Source: an uncultured Dehalococcoidia bacterium
Lineage (GTDB): Bacteria > Chloroflexota > Dehalococcoidia > Lucifugimonadales > UBA3495
Assembly: GCA_964502995.1 (NCBI GenBank)
Contig: CAZCZB010000002.1
Span: 76,805 to 140,804 of the forward strand
Reading direction: 5' to 3'
Length of the DNA: 64,000 bases
The translations under genes were made by a program, and so were the position numbers. The notes below the pieces were generated by a model. It was not told the DNA's origin. It ran no database searches and was given only the letters and a program-made list of their open reading frames with translations. Position 1 is the first letter of the stretch; every line of letters starts with the position of its first letter. Positions 1 to 7,977 of the stretch are shown here, one piece after another.

Positions 1-112
1 GATGTTCCGGATTCTGTTGAGCATTTTGCCTCCCTTGGCCGCCGCTTGTGTTGTTTGCGTTGGTGGACGGCTTTGATGGGAGGCAGGATAGGGAGGCGAT
101 GTTAAGAAATTA

Positions 113-1522
113 TCAATGTTGAGAGAGAGGGAGATCGAATCCAAAACGGCTGCCGACGCCTTCGACGCTCTCGGCCCAAATGATTCCCCGGTGTGCTTCC
201 ACCAACTGCCGCGCGATGGCAAGGCCCAACCCTGAGCCGCCGGCGCCCCGTTGACGGGACGGATCAGCCCGGTAGAGCCGATCAAACACGCGCGGCAGGG
301 CATCGGCAGGGATTCCCGGCCCGGTGTCGGCCACCGATACCCGAACCGTGTCCCGCAGGTTTTCGGCGGCGATCGTGATTTTGCCGTTGGGAGGAGTATG
401 CTCAACGGCGTTGTCAATCAAATTGGTCAGCGCCTGCTCGATGCGAAGGCGATCGGCGTTCACGGTGGGCAGGTCGTCCGGCACGGCAACCATCATTTCG
501 ATGGACGCGGCGTTGGTTCGTGGCCGGAATGAATCCGCGACCCGTTCCACGACGTCCGCCAGCGACATCGGCTCCGGAGTCAGTCGCAAATCTCTGGATT
601 CCGACTCGGCCAGCAGGCGTAAATCGTCAACCAGGCGGTTCAGGTTCATCGTCTGCTGGTGGACGGTATCGAGGTTTTCGGCGTCGGGCTGGAGCAGACC
701 ATCCTGCATCGCCTCGATGTGTCCCTGTATGTTAGCCAATGGCGTGCGCAGTTCGTGGGCAACGTCGGCCACCATGTTGCGACGCTGGGCTTCCGAACCC
801 TCAAGGGCATCGGCCATGTTGTTAAACGCGCGGCCCAGTTCAGCCACCTCGTCGTTGCCGCGGACGGATACCCTACTGGATAGATCGCCGCTGCCGAGTT
901 CTCGCGCCGCCATCGTCAGGTTGCCAATGGATCCCAACACCCGGCGAGAGAAGAGCATGACCAGCACAACCCCTGCGACAACCGCGCCCAGGCCCACCAC
1001 GGTAAGCGTCCGTTGGACCGCGTCAGCAAACATCGTCAGCGAGGGTTCCAACTCGCCGGCAGGAGGCGCGCCGGGTTCGGGTGACACCGGAATGAAATGC
1101 CCTCTTCTCTCCGTTGCCGTTGCTACCGACCCGATTTCAACGCCCTGCGCCACTACCGGCGTGAAAAACTGCGCCGCTATAGGAGGAACATGGTGATCAC
1201 GATGGCCCCGGCGATCCCGGCCGTGAGTTTCACCAACGATATCTCCCTTGGAGTCTCTCACTACGATAGCCAACTCCGTCTGGAAACCGATGCGGGATAT
1301 GAACCGATCGACACCTTGCCAACTGCCGTTGGACGAATAATAGTCGGCCAGCGCAATTTGGACGCGGTTGGAACGAACCCTGTCCTGTTCGCTCTGAACG
1401 AAATGCACTTCCCGGCTCGCCACATAACCGGTGAACACCGCCACCGCAGACATCGCGAGCACCAGGATCACGGCAAACCCCAGGGCCAACCGGGCGCGCA
1501 GTCCGAACCGCAATCTACGCAT
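113..1522 (-). CDS. sensor histidine kinase (TM-HAMP-HisKA-HATPase_c)
   Basis: The ORF track gives 113..1543 with a GTG start. I prefer the ATG at 1522 (MRRLRFGL..., followed by a TM helix), which overlaps the regulator stop as ATGCGTAG. It has a second TM plus a HAMP-like segment (ARELGSGDLSSRVSVRGNDEVAELGRAFNNM). The H-box is VADVAHELRTPL and the ATPase boxes are LIDNAVEHT, DTGPGI and GGSGLGLAIA. Confidence 0.9.
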   Translation of the reverse strand: MRRLRFGLRARLALGFAVILVLAMSAVAVFTGYVASREVHFVQSEQDRVRSNRVQIALADYYSSNGSWQGVDRFISRIGFQTELAIVVRDSKGDIVGETHGRDRRGHRDHHVPPIAAQFFTPVVAQGVEIGSVATATERRGHFIPVSPEPGAPPAGELEPSLTMFADAVQRTLTVVGLGAVVAGVVLVMLFSRRVLGSIGNLTMAARELGSGDLSSRVSVRGNDEVAELGRAFNNMADALEGSEAQRRNMVADVAHELRTPLANIQGHIEAMQDGLLQPDAENLDTVHQQTMNLNRLVDDLRLLAESESRDLRLTPEPMSLADVVERVADSFRPRTNAASIEMMVAVPDDLPTVNADRLRIEQALTNLIDNAVEHTPPNGKITIAAENLRDTVRVSVADTGPGIPADALPRVFDRLYRADPSRQRGAGGSGLGLAIARQLVEAHRGIIWAESVEGVGSRFGFDLPLSQH

Positions 1523-2204
1523 CGCCGAACCGGTATCCCACACCGTGAACCGTCTGGATGTAGCGCGGTTTCCTGACGTCTGGCTCTATCTTGCGGCGCA
1601 GGTTGGCGACATGAACGTCCACGGTGCGGTCGAACCCGTCGAAATCGTACCCGAACACCCACTCGATGATCTGATCCCGGGAAAACGGACGTCCGGGATC
1701 CCTGGCCAGGATGGTCAGCAAACGATACTCGGTGGGCGTGAGGGTTGGGACGTGCCCGTCCGCCGACACGGTGCGGGTACGGGTATCGATGGTTATACCC
1801 TGGTATTGGATCAAAGACGGAGCGGCGCTGACCCCGCTCCGCGACGCGCGCCGGAGAACAGCGCGGACACGGGCCGCCAGTTCCCGCGGGCTGAACGGTT
1901 TCGCGATGTAATCGTCGGCGCCCAGATCGAAGCCGGTGAGCCGATCGTCTTCCGCGACCCTGGCTGTGGCCATTATGATTGGCACATCAGACTCGGAGCG
2001 CAGGGTTCGACAAATCTCCAGGCCGTCGAGGCGGGGCAACATTATGTCCAACACGATCAGGTCGGGCCGCACATCCCGCGCCATTTGCAACCCGGTAACG
2101 CCGTCGCCCACGATCGTCACTTTGTGGCCGTCCCGTTCAAGGTACAATCCGATGACTCGCGCGATGCCGGGATCATCCTCGACTACCAGTATGTGGCCAG
2201 GCAT
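1515..2204 (-). CDS. OmpR/PhoB-family response regulator
   Basis: Receiver domain: HILVVEDDPGIARV...DLIVLDIMLPRLDG...DDYIAKPF. Winged-helix output: LTPTEYRLLTILARDPGRPFSRDQI...VHGVGYRF. The ATG at 2204 is preceded by GGAGCC. The 375-aa ORF-track version (to 2642) is a 5' extension that runs through the divergent gene. Confidence 0.93.
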   Translation of the reverse strand: MPGHILVVEDDPGIARVIGLYLERDGHKVTIVGDGVTGLQMARDVRPDLIVLDIMLPRLDGLEICRTLRSESDVPIIMATARVAEDDRLTGFDLGADDYIAKPFSPRELAARVRAVLRRASRSGVSAAPSLIQYQGITIDTRTRTVSADGHVPTLTPTEYRLLTILARDPGRPFSRDQIIEWVFGYDFDGFDRTVDVHVANLRRKIEPDVRKPRYIQTVHGVGYRFGDA

Positions 2205-2257
2205 TGGAGGCTCCGTTGCACAGTGCGCCATGGGCCGAGCATAGCACGCGGCCCGCG

Positions 2258-2287
2258 TTGACGCTCCGGGATTGGGCTGACTATAAT
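2258..2287 (+). promoter_or_regulatory. sigma70-like promoter (TTGACG-18 nt-TATAAT) for the 2328 ORF
   Basis: TTGACG at 2258-2263 and TATAAT at 2282-2287, in the 123-nt divergent region between the regulator and the small ORF. Confidence 0.45.
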
Positions 2288-2327
2288 CCCTGCAAGACAT
2301 TAAGAAATTATTGAGGTATCGACAGCG

Positions 2328-2630
2328 ATGAACCTGAAAACCGGACAGCGTTACGTCGGCCCCGGCGGGGCGGAGATGATCGTCAGCAAGGCCAGCGGTG
2401 ATGGCGATCTGACCGACGGCGACATCGAGTTGCAGATCAAGGGGCCCGAGGTGGATTTCGGCGGCCTTGCTCCGGCGGACGACGCACCTGAGGTTACGAT
2501 GGGCAAACGCCTGACCTCGGCAGACGGCAGCGTGTCCGTACTCATCACCAAGGCCGGCAAATGCGACCTGCGCCTCAACGGCGAGCCGATGGAGTTGCAG
2601 GAAGCCAAGCAGTTGCCATCCTCCGACTGA
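2328..2630 (+). CDS. small hypothetical protein with internal duplication (Cys-less relative of small KAG...PSSD-tailed proteins)
   Basis: 100-aa ORF with an ATG start downstream of a consensus-like promoter and followed by a strong hairpin terminator. It has two related halves, (I/L)(V/I)(S/T)KA.G..DL....(I/M)ELQ, and ends in QLPSSD. Confidence 0.6.
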   Translation: MNLKTGQRYVGPGGAEMIVSKASGDGDLTDGDIELQIKGPEVDFGGLAPADDAPEVTMGKRLTSADGSVSVLITKAGKCDLRLNGEPMELQEAKQLPSSD

Positions 2631-2656
2631 TCGCCGGGCCAATTGCGCGAAATTTC

Positions 2657-2683
2657 AAGGGGCGGGTCTGGAACCCGCCCCTT
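2657..2683. terminator. bidirectional intrinsic terminator hairpin
   Basis: AAGGGGCGGGT-ctgga-ACCCGCCCCTT, an 11-bp perfect stem between convergent genes ending at 2630 (+) and 2710 (-). Confidence 0.7.
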
Positions 2684-2709
2684 CGTTTGCCGCGAACCCG
2701 ACGAGTTGT

Positions 2710-3153
2710 TCACACGTCGGAGTCACGCTCTTGCGCGGCGGGTCCGCCCCAGTCGCGGAGGTGCTGGATGATCGCGTCGGCGGCCTGCTCGTATCGTTCC
2801 CGGGCTTTGTTCAATTCTTCCAGCAGGTATTCAGAACGTTCACGCTCCTGTTGAACCTTGGCCTCTGCCAACTGAGCCTGGACTTCGGCGGCCTGTATCC
2901 TGGCCTCGGCAGCATCCGCACGTTTCCGTTCTCTTTCGGTACGATTGCGTTCTTCTTCGAGGCGGTTGTCTTTTAGAAATCCGATCACCATGACTATTGT
3001 TCCTAAAGTTACGCCCGACAAGTTGGTTGCCAGCGTACTGACCGGGTGTCCGATTGGGAAAGAAGTCCCCAGAATTTGGAGCGCGGTCGAAGCCACCGTG
3101 GTGGTGAGAATGATGACCAGCGCAAGTACATAATACTTGATGTTTCGCCACAT
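2710..3153 (-). CDS. membrane-anchored coiled-coil protein, function unknown
   Basis: ATG start. Two N-terminal TM helices (YYVLALVIILTTTVAS..., GVTLGTIVMVIGFL) are followed by an E/R/A/Q-rich heptad-like segment. Local GC is visibly lower than in the neighbours. Confidence 0.6.
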   Translation of the reverse strand: MWRNIKYYVLALVIILTTTVASTALQILGTSFPIGHPVSTLATNLSGVTLGTIVMVIGFLKDNRLEEERNRTERERKRADAAEARIQAAEVQAQLAEAKVQQERERSEYLLEELNKARERYEQAADAIIQHLRDWGGPAAQERDSDV

Positions 3154-3180
3154 CGCATTGCTTCGCTGAGTGATTTAGCG

Positions 3181-3215
3181 CGCCCCGCCATCGATTTCCC
3201 AATGATGGCGGGGCG
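3181..3215. terminator. GC-rich hairpin between LLM gene and downstream gene (possible terminator/attenuator)
   Basis: CGCCCCGCCATC-11 nt-GATGGCGGGGCG, a 12-bp perfect stem. There is no U-tract on either strand. Confidence 0.4.
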
Positions 3216-3245
3216 AGCCGAAGAGTTCGGGGAGCTTGCGGCAGC

Positions 3246-4316
3246 CTACAGGAAGTGCGGTATGACGTACTTACCGAACAGGCGGATGCTGTTCATTATC
3301 TTGCTGTGTTCGAGGTTGCCCATCTGCATGAAGCACAGTATCTGGTCAACACCGGCCTCGCGGTACTTCTCGATGGTCTTGATGACCGTTTCGGGGCTGC
3401 CCATGGCAAACGCGCCGGACTCAATGTGGTCGTCGGCGGTCTTGTCGACCCTTTCCTCCTGCACCGCATTGACGGCGAACTGGTAACTCTGGGGAACGGC
3501 GCGGCCAGCCCACGGAGCGTACAACTCCTCGGCTTTTCCTACGAACCATTCGCCCTCACGCGCGGCTGACTGGTAGGCCTCCTCATCGGTGTCGGCGACG
3601 TGAACCATGCACAACGCGGCGATGTTGTCGTTGACCCTGCGACCGATGGGGTTGGCGTTTTGCACCGCGTCGCGGTAAATCTGCACTCGCTCTACCAACT
3701 GCTCGTGGCCGCCCAGGTTGAAGCACAGGACACCCACGCCCAACTCTCCGGCCTCTCCAAAGGACGCCGGCTGGCTGCACGCCATCCACATTGGCGGGTG
3801 CGGGTCCTGCACGGGCTTGGGAATCACCGAGCGCGGCGGGATGTTGTAAAACTCGCCGGAGTGTGAGAATGGGTCCTCCGTCCACATCCGCGGGATCATC
3901 TCGATGGCTTCCCGCCATTGGGCTTTGGTGGTCTCCGGGTCCACCTCGAACCCGTCCATTTCGATGAGCGTGGTCGAGCGTCCCGTGCCCAGATCCATGC
4001 GCCCGTCGCTGACAATGTCGAGGACTGCGGCGCGCTCGGCGACCCGCACCGGGTGGTTGTAGGCGCCGGGCAGCAGGGCAACGGCATGGCCGATGCGGAT
4101 GCGCTTGGTACGCTGCGATATCGCTCCGTACAACACCTCGGGGGCTGAACAGTGGGAAAATTCTCGCAGAAAGTGGTGTTCCACCGTCCAGAAATAGTCA
4201 AACCCCACATCATCGGCAAGTTCCACCTGGGCCATCACCTGCTTGTAACGCTCAGCCTCGATCCCGGGGTAGTGCGGCTCAGGCACCTGTATTTCGTACA
4301 TCAAACCAAATTTCAT
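3246..4316 (-). CDS. LLM-class (luciferase-like) flavin-dependent oxidoreductase
   Basis: MKFGLMYEIQ..., FDYFWTVEHHFLREFSHCSAPEV and RIRIGHAVALLP are typical of the luciferase-like monooxygenase family. RBS AGGAGAAA lies upstream of the ATG at 4316. Confidence 0.9.
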   Translation of the reverse strand: MKFGLMYEIQVPEPHYPGIEAERYKQVMAQVELADDVGFDYFWTVEHHFLREFSHCSAPEVLYGAISQRTKRIRIGHAVALLPGAYNHPVRVAERAAVLDIVSDGRMDLGTGRSTTLIEMDGFEVDPETTKAQWREAIEMIPRMWTEDPFSHSGEFYNIPPRSVIPKPVQDPHPPMWMACSQPASFGEAGELGVGVLCFNLGGHEQLVERVQIYRDAVQNANPIGRRVNDNIAALCMVHVADTDEEAYQSAAREGEWFVGKAEELYAPWAGRAVPQSYQFAVNAVQEERVDKTADDHIESGAFAMGSPETVIKTIEKYREAGVDQILCFMQMGNLEHSKIMNSIRLFGKYVIPHFL

Positions 4317-4365
4317 TTTCTTTCTCCTGATGCGGCAAACCGCTTGTTGGCCGTATTGTCGTATC

Positions 4366-5472
4366 CTACGGCACCAGCATGGCGCGGGTGATTTCGGTCT
4401 GGCGCTGGCTCCACTCCGCGGCGGCGAATGCTTCGTTGACGTCGGCCAGCGGGAATGTGTGGGAAACCAACTTGTCGAACGGCAGGCGGTCCTGGTTGCG
4501 CACCAGAAAATCCAGCAGTTCGGGCAGCAGCGACGGGCGATACATCAGGCTCCCCACGATGTTCTTGCCCTGCAGCAGCTTTGATGGGTCTATCGACACT
4601 TCCTGCCCGCGCACGATGTCGCCAATCTCGACGAACGTGCCGCCGTTGGACAGCATGTCGATGCCCTCCTTGAGGAGATCAGCCCGCCCCACCAACTCCA
4701 TCACCACGTCGGCGCCCCGGCCGCGGGTAAGCTCGCGGACCCGGCGGACACGGGTTTCGGGAGTGTTGAACTCCTCGATGTTGATGGTGTCGTCGGCGCC
4801 GAATTCCTCCGCCAGTTGCAGGCGGTTTTCCAGCCGGTCCAGCACGATGACCCGGTCGGCTCCGCGCTCCTTCGCCATGGCGGTGGCGTGTATGCCGAGA
4901 CCGCCGGCGCCCATGATCACGACTGACTGGCCGTGGTTCATGCCGGCGCGTTCCAGGCCCGTGGTTACCGTTCCCATGGCGCAGTTCACCGGTCCCAGGA
5001 TGCTGTCGGGCAATTCGTCGGGAACGCGGAAGAAAGGATGGCGTGGGGGCAGGTAGAGGAAATCTCCGTAGGTACCCGTGAAATAGGGCCAGATGCCGGC
5101 GGCGGGATACTGCCGATTCACGCACCAGTTGGTATTGCCACGCAGGCACATGTGGCAGTGGTAGCAGGGAAACACGGCGGCGTAGATCACCCGGTCACCT
5201 TCCTGGACATCGGTGCCGTAGTAATCGGACGTTACGCCATCGCCCAGGTACTCAATGACGCCGGTGCCCTCGTGCCCCATCACACGGCCGGTCTGCGGCA
5301 GAGGCAGGTGTTCCTGAGTCTGGTCTCCGCGCCAGGTGTGCAGGTCGGAACCGCAGATGCCGGCCTGTGTCATGCGAAGCAACACGGCTCCCGGTTCGGG
5401 TTCGGGCACGTCGTATTCTTCGATTTCAAAGGGTTTTCCGTACTCTTTAACGACAACAATGCGTCCTTTCAT
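4366..5472 (-). CDS. zinc-dependent alcohol dehydrogenase family (MDR) oxidoreductase
   Basis: GICGSDLHTW, GHEGTG, the structural-Zn Cys cluster (CYHCHMCLRGNTNWC) and the Rossmann motif VIMGAGGLG. The ATG at 5472 is preceded by GGAGGGAG. The ORF-track start at 5523 adds 17 residues with no RBS. Confidence 0.9.
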   Translation of the reverse strand: MKGRIVVVKEYGKPFEIEEYDVPEPEPGAVLLRMTQAGICGSDLHTWRGDQTQEHLPLPQTGRVMGHEGTGVIEYLGDGVTSDYYGTDVQEGDRVIYAAVFPCYHCHMCLRGNTNWCVNRQYPAAGIWPYFTGTYGDFLYLPPRHPFFRVPDELPDSILGPVNCAMGTVTTGLERAGMNHGQSVVIMGAGGLGIHATAMAKERGADRVIVLDRLENRLQLAEEFGADDTINIEEFNTPETRVRRVRELTRGRGADVVMELVGRADLLKEGIDMLSNGGTFVEIGDIVRGQEVSIDPSKLLQGKNIVGSLMYRPSLLPELLDFLVRNQDRLPFDKLVSHTFPLADVNEAFAAAEWSQRQTEITRAMLVP

Positions 5473-5583
5473 CGTGGCTCCCTCCGATTGGTCCAGCGGT
5501 GCAGGATGGCGGTATCCTAGCACAACGGTTGCGGTTATGTGCTATGCTGACGACGCAAGCAGCCGACATGGAGCACAGGCACA

Positions 5584-6024
5584 ATGAAGATCGCGATCGG
5601 CTCGGATCACGCCGGATTCGAATACAAAAGCAAGCTGCTATCGTTGCTGGCTTACCTTGGGCATGAGGCTTTGGATTACGGCACGTTCTCGGATGAATCG
5701 ACGGACTATCCCGAGTGGATACGGCCGGTGGCCGAGGCTGTGGCGCGTGGCGAGGTTGACCGCGGCATAGTGCTGGGGGGCTCCGGCAACGGCGAAGCCA
5801 TCGTGGCAAACCGCGTGGCCGGCGTGCGCTGTACGCTGTGCTGGAACACCGAATCGGCACGATTCGCGCGGCTGCACAACGACTCCAACGTGCTGTCTAT
5901 GGGAGAACGCCTGGTGTCCTGGGAATTGGCGCGAGAGATCGTCGATGTCTGGCTCACCACCGACTTCGAGGGTGGACGACACCTGCGCCGCGTGCAGCAG
6001 ATCGACGCACCGCAGACACAGTAG
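5584..6024 (+). CDS. rpiB: ribose-5-phosphate isomerase B (RpiB/LacA/LacB family)
   Basis: MKIAIGSDHAGFEYK..., GIVLGGSGNGEAIVANR, RCTLCW and ARLHNDSNVLSMGER are the RpiB signature. Confidence 0.9.
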   Translation: MKIAIGSDHAGFEYKSKLLSLLAYLGHEALDYGTFSDESTDYPEWIRPVAEAVARGEVDRGIVLGGSGNGEAIVANRVAGVRCTLCWNTESARFARLHNDSNVLSMGERLVSWELAREIVDVWLTTDFEGGRHLRRVQQIDAPQTQ

Positions 6025-6052
6025 GCCGGTCCAACACAGACTGCAAAAATAT

Positions 6053-6076
6053 AGGGGCGAATGATTATTCGCCCCT
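6053..6076. terminator. bidirectional intrinsic terminator hairpin
   Basis: AGGGGCGAAT-gatt-ATTCGCCCCT, followed by GTGTGGTTTT, between convergent rpiB (+) and the NHase alpha gene (-). Confidence 0.7.
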
Positions 6077-6100
6077 GTGTGGTTTTACACGGCAAGAGGA

Positions 6101-6715
6101 TCAGGGCGCAAGAGCGTCTGTAACTCCGATCATGCTGTCGCGAGTGACCAGTGCCGCAAGTTCTTCCTCGCTCATCCCCTCGGTGCCGGCAGGGCGGCGC
6201 GGCAACACCAGGTATCGCAAATCCGCCGTACTGTCCAGAACCGTCACCTCAGCGTCCGCCGGCGGCGAAGCGCCGAACTCGGCCATGACGCCACGCGGAT
6301 CACTGACAGCGCGGGAACGATAGGCCAGACTCTTGTACCAGTCCGGCGGGCGGCCCAGCAGCATCCGGGGGTAGCACGAGCACAGGGTGCAGACGACCAG
6401 GTGATGCACGTCGTCGGTATTCTCCACGACGGCAAGGTGCGGTGTCTCCTCGGGCAAGTTAAACCCCATCTCCGCCAATGCCGCGCGCGGGTCGGCCAGC
6501 AGGCGAGCCTTGAACTCGGAATCCACCCAGGCCCTTGCCACTACCTTTGCTCCGTCGGCAGGGGTGCGTCTTTCCATCAGGTCCACCTGACGTTGGACTT
6601 CGTCAGCGGTCAGCAGGCCTTTCTCCGCCAACAGGGCTTCGATGGCAACCGAGCGCAGCGCGACCTCGCTCATGGGCTCGTCGTGGATGTGGTCAACAAC
6701 ATGAGTGGCGGTCAT
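6101..6715 (-). CDS. nitrile hydratase alpha-subunit family protein (Co-type CTLCSC metal site)
   Basis: HLVVCTLCSCYPRMLLGRPPDWYKSLAYRSR contains the VC(T/S)LCSC claw motif of NHase alpha and thiocyanate hydrolase gamma. The ATG at 6715 (MTATHVV...) is preceded by GGAGAG. Confidence 0.9.
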   Translation of the reverse strand: MTATHVVDHIHDEPMSEVALRSVAIEALLAEKGLLTADEVQRQVDLMERRTPADGAKVVARAWVDSEFKARLLADPRAALAEMGFNLPEETPHLAVVENTDDVHHLVVCTLCSCYPRMLLGRPPDWYKSLAYRSRAVSDPRGVMAEFGASPPADAEVTVLDSTADLRYLVLPRRPAGTEGMSEEELAALVTRDSMIGVTDALAP

Positions 6716-6796
6716 TTTTCTCTCCAATGTGCCGATGGATGGGCCAAGCATCGAAACGGGTTGAAATGCCGAAAGGTTGCATGTGGCAACAACCCC

Positions 6797-7900
6797 CTAG
6801 TTGTGGCAACCCCGTGCCTCTATATCCCAAACCGTCTCAACCATTCCGTCGCGAATGCCGATGAAACGATCCCAGCGGCTCACCATGGCATCCTGTTGCC
6901 CGGGCAGCAATACAACCTGGTCTCCCACTGCCAGTTCAACTCCCTCTGCAACTTGGAACACGGTGCGGTCACCGTCCATGTCAACGGCTTCGACACCCGG
7001 CCGGCCTTCCACTCGCGGCAATCCTTTCAGACCGCCCACGGCCCGGGCGCCGGCGTCACCAATCGCCACTCCCGGGCGCGGAGCGCTGATGATGGAAGTC
7101 AAGACCTTGCCGGCCAGGTGGAAATCCTCGATGTAGTCGTATGAGGTTTCCATGACCAGATATGAACCACCCTGGATCTCCGTAACCTCGGGCATGTCTC
7201 CGGCTACGTCATAGCTCCACGTTTCGCCGGTGGATACGATCTCCACCGGCAACCCGGCGGCGATCATGGCCTCCCTGAGATCCAGAACGGGCTGGATAAG
7301 GCGGTGGGCCTCGGTGAACCGGTCCTCACGGTCGGATGACGGTTCCGACATCATCTGGTGACTCATCACGCCTTTCAGGGAAAGCCCGGGCAGCGATTCA
7401 ATCGTTTTGGCCAGCGCTACGCCGGGTTCCACATCCTGCACGCCGCACCGGAGCAGCCCGGTCTCCTGCTCAATCACGACCCCGATGTCCACCCCGTGAG
7501 CCGCCGCCGCCTCGGAAATGTCCCGCGCGTTCGCTTCGTTCTCGCAGGCCACCAGTATCTCAGCCTGGTTCGCCAGCGCGCACAGGCGGGCGATCTTGGC
7601 GGGCGCCACCACCTCGCTGGTGACGAAAACGCTGGCCACTCCGCCCTGCACCATCACCTCGGCCTCGGCAACCTTGGCCGCGCACACGCCACCCACGGTT
7701 CCGCCTCGCTGGATCTGGCGGAGCGCCAGGGCCGGACTCTTGTGGTTCTTGCTATGGCCGCGCAGTTTGCTGTGCCGGTCGCTGTAGTAACCGGCGATCA
7801 CGTCCATGTTGTGATCCAGAGCCTCCATGTCCAGGATCAGGCACGGAGTATCCAATTCTGCAATCGGGGTGCCGGGTTGGGGTTCATTTGTTTGCGGCAT
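6797..7900 (-). CDS. alanine-racemase-fold PLP enzyme, DSD1 / D-threonine aldolase / D-serine dehydratase-like
   Basis: The N-terminus LDTPCLILDMEALDHNM and the motif RGHSKNHKSP (PH.K.HK-type PLP lysine motif) fit this family, as does the C-terminal beta domain. RBS GGAGGT precedes the ATG at 7900. Confidence 0.85.
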   Translation of the reverse strand: MPQTNEPQPGTPIAELDTPCLILDMEALDHNMDVIAGYYSDRHSKLRGHSKNHKSPALALRQIQRGGTVGGVCAAKVAEAEVMVQGGVASVFVTSEVVAPAKIARLCALANQAEILVACENEANARDISEAAAAHGVDIGVVIEQETGLLRCGVQDVEPGVALAKTIESLPGLSLKGVMSHQMMSEPSSDREDRFTEAHRLIQPVLDLREAMIAAGLPVEIVSTGETWSYDVAGDMPEVTEIQGGSYLVMETSYDYIEDFHLAGKVLTSIISAPRPGVAIGDAGARAVGGLKGLPRVEGRPGVEAVDMDGDRTVFQVAEGVELAVGDQVVLLPGQQDAMVSRWDRFIGIRDGMVETVWDIEARGCHN

Positions 7901-7977
7901 GGACTTACCTCCGATGTTCCCGAATTTTTGAGTGAATGGGGCCGTTGAAGCTGACCGAACTTCCCGCTCTGGCGACC

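Noticed and set aside
98-121. Mini-ORF ATGTTAAGAAATTATCAATGTTGA (MLRNYQC) with a GGGAGG RBS at the window edge.
   Set aside because: At 7 codons it is too short to support and overlaps the kinase stop region. It is more likely a coincidence of the repeat described in the findings.
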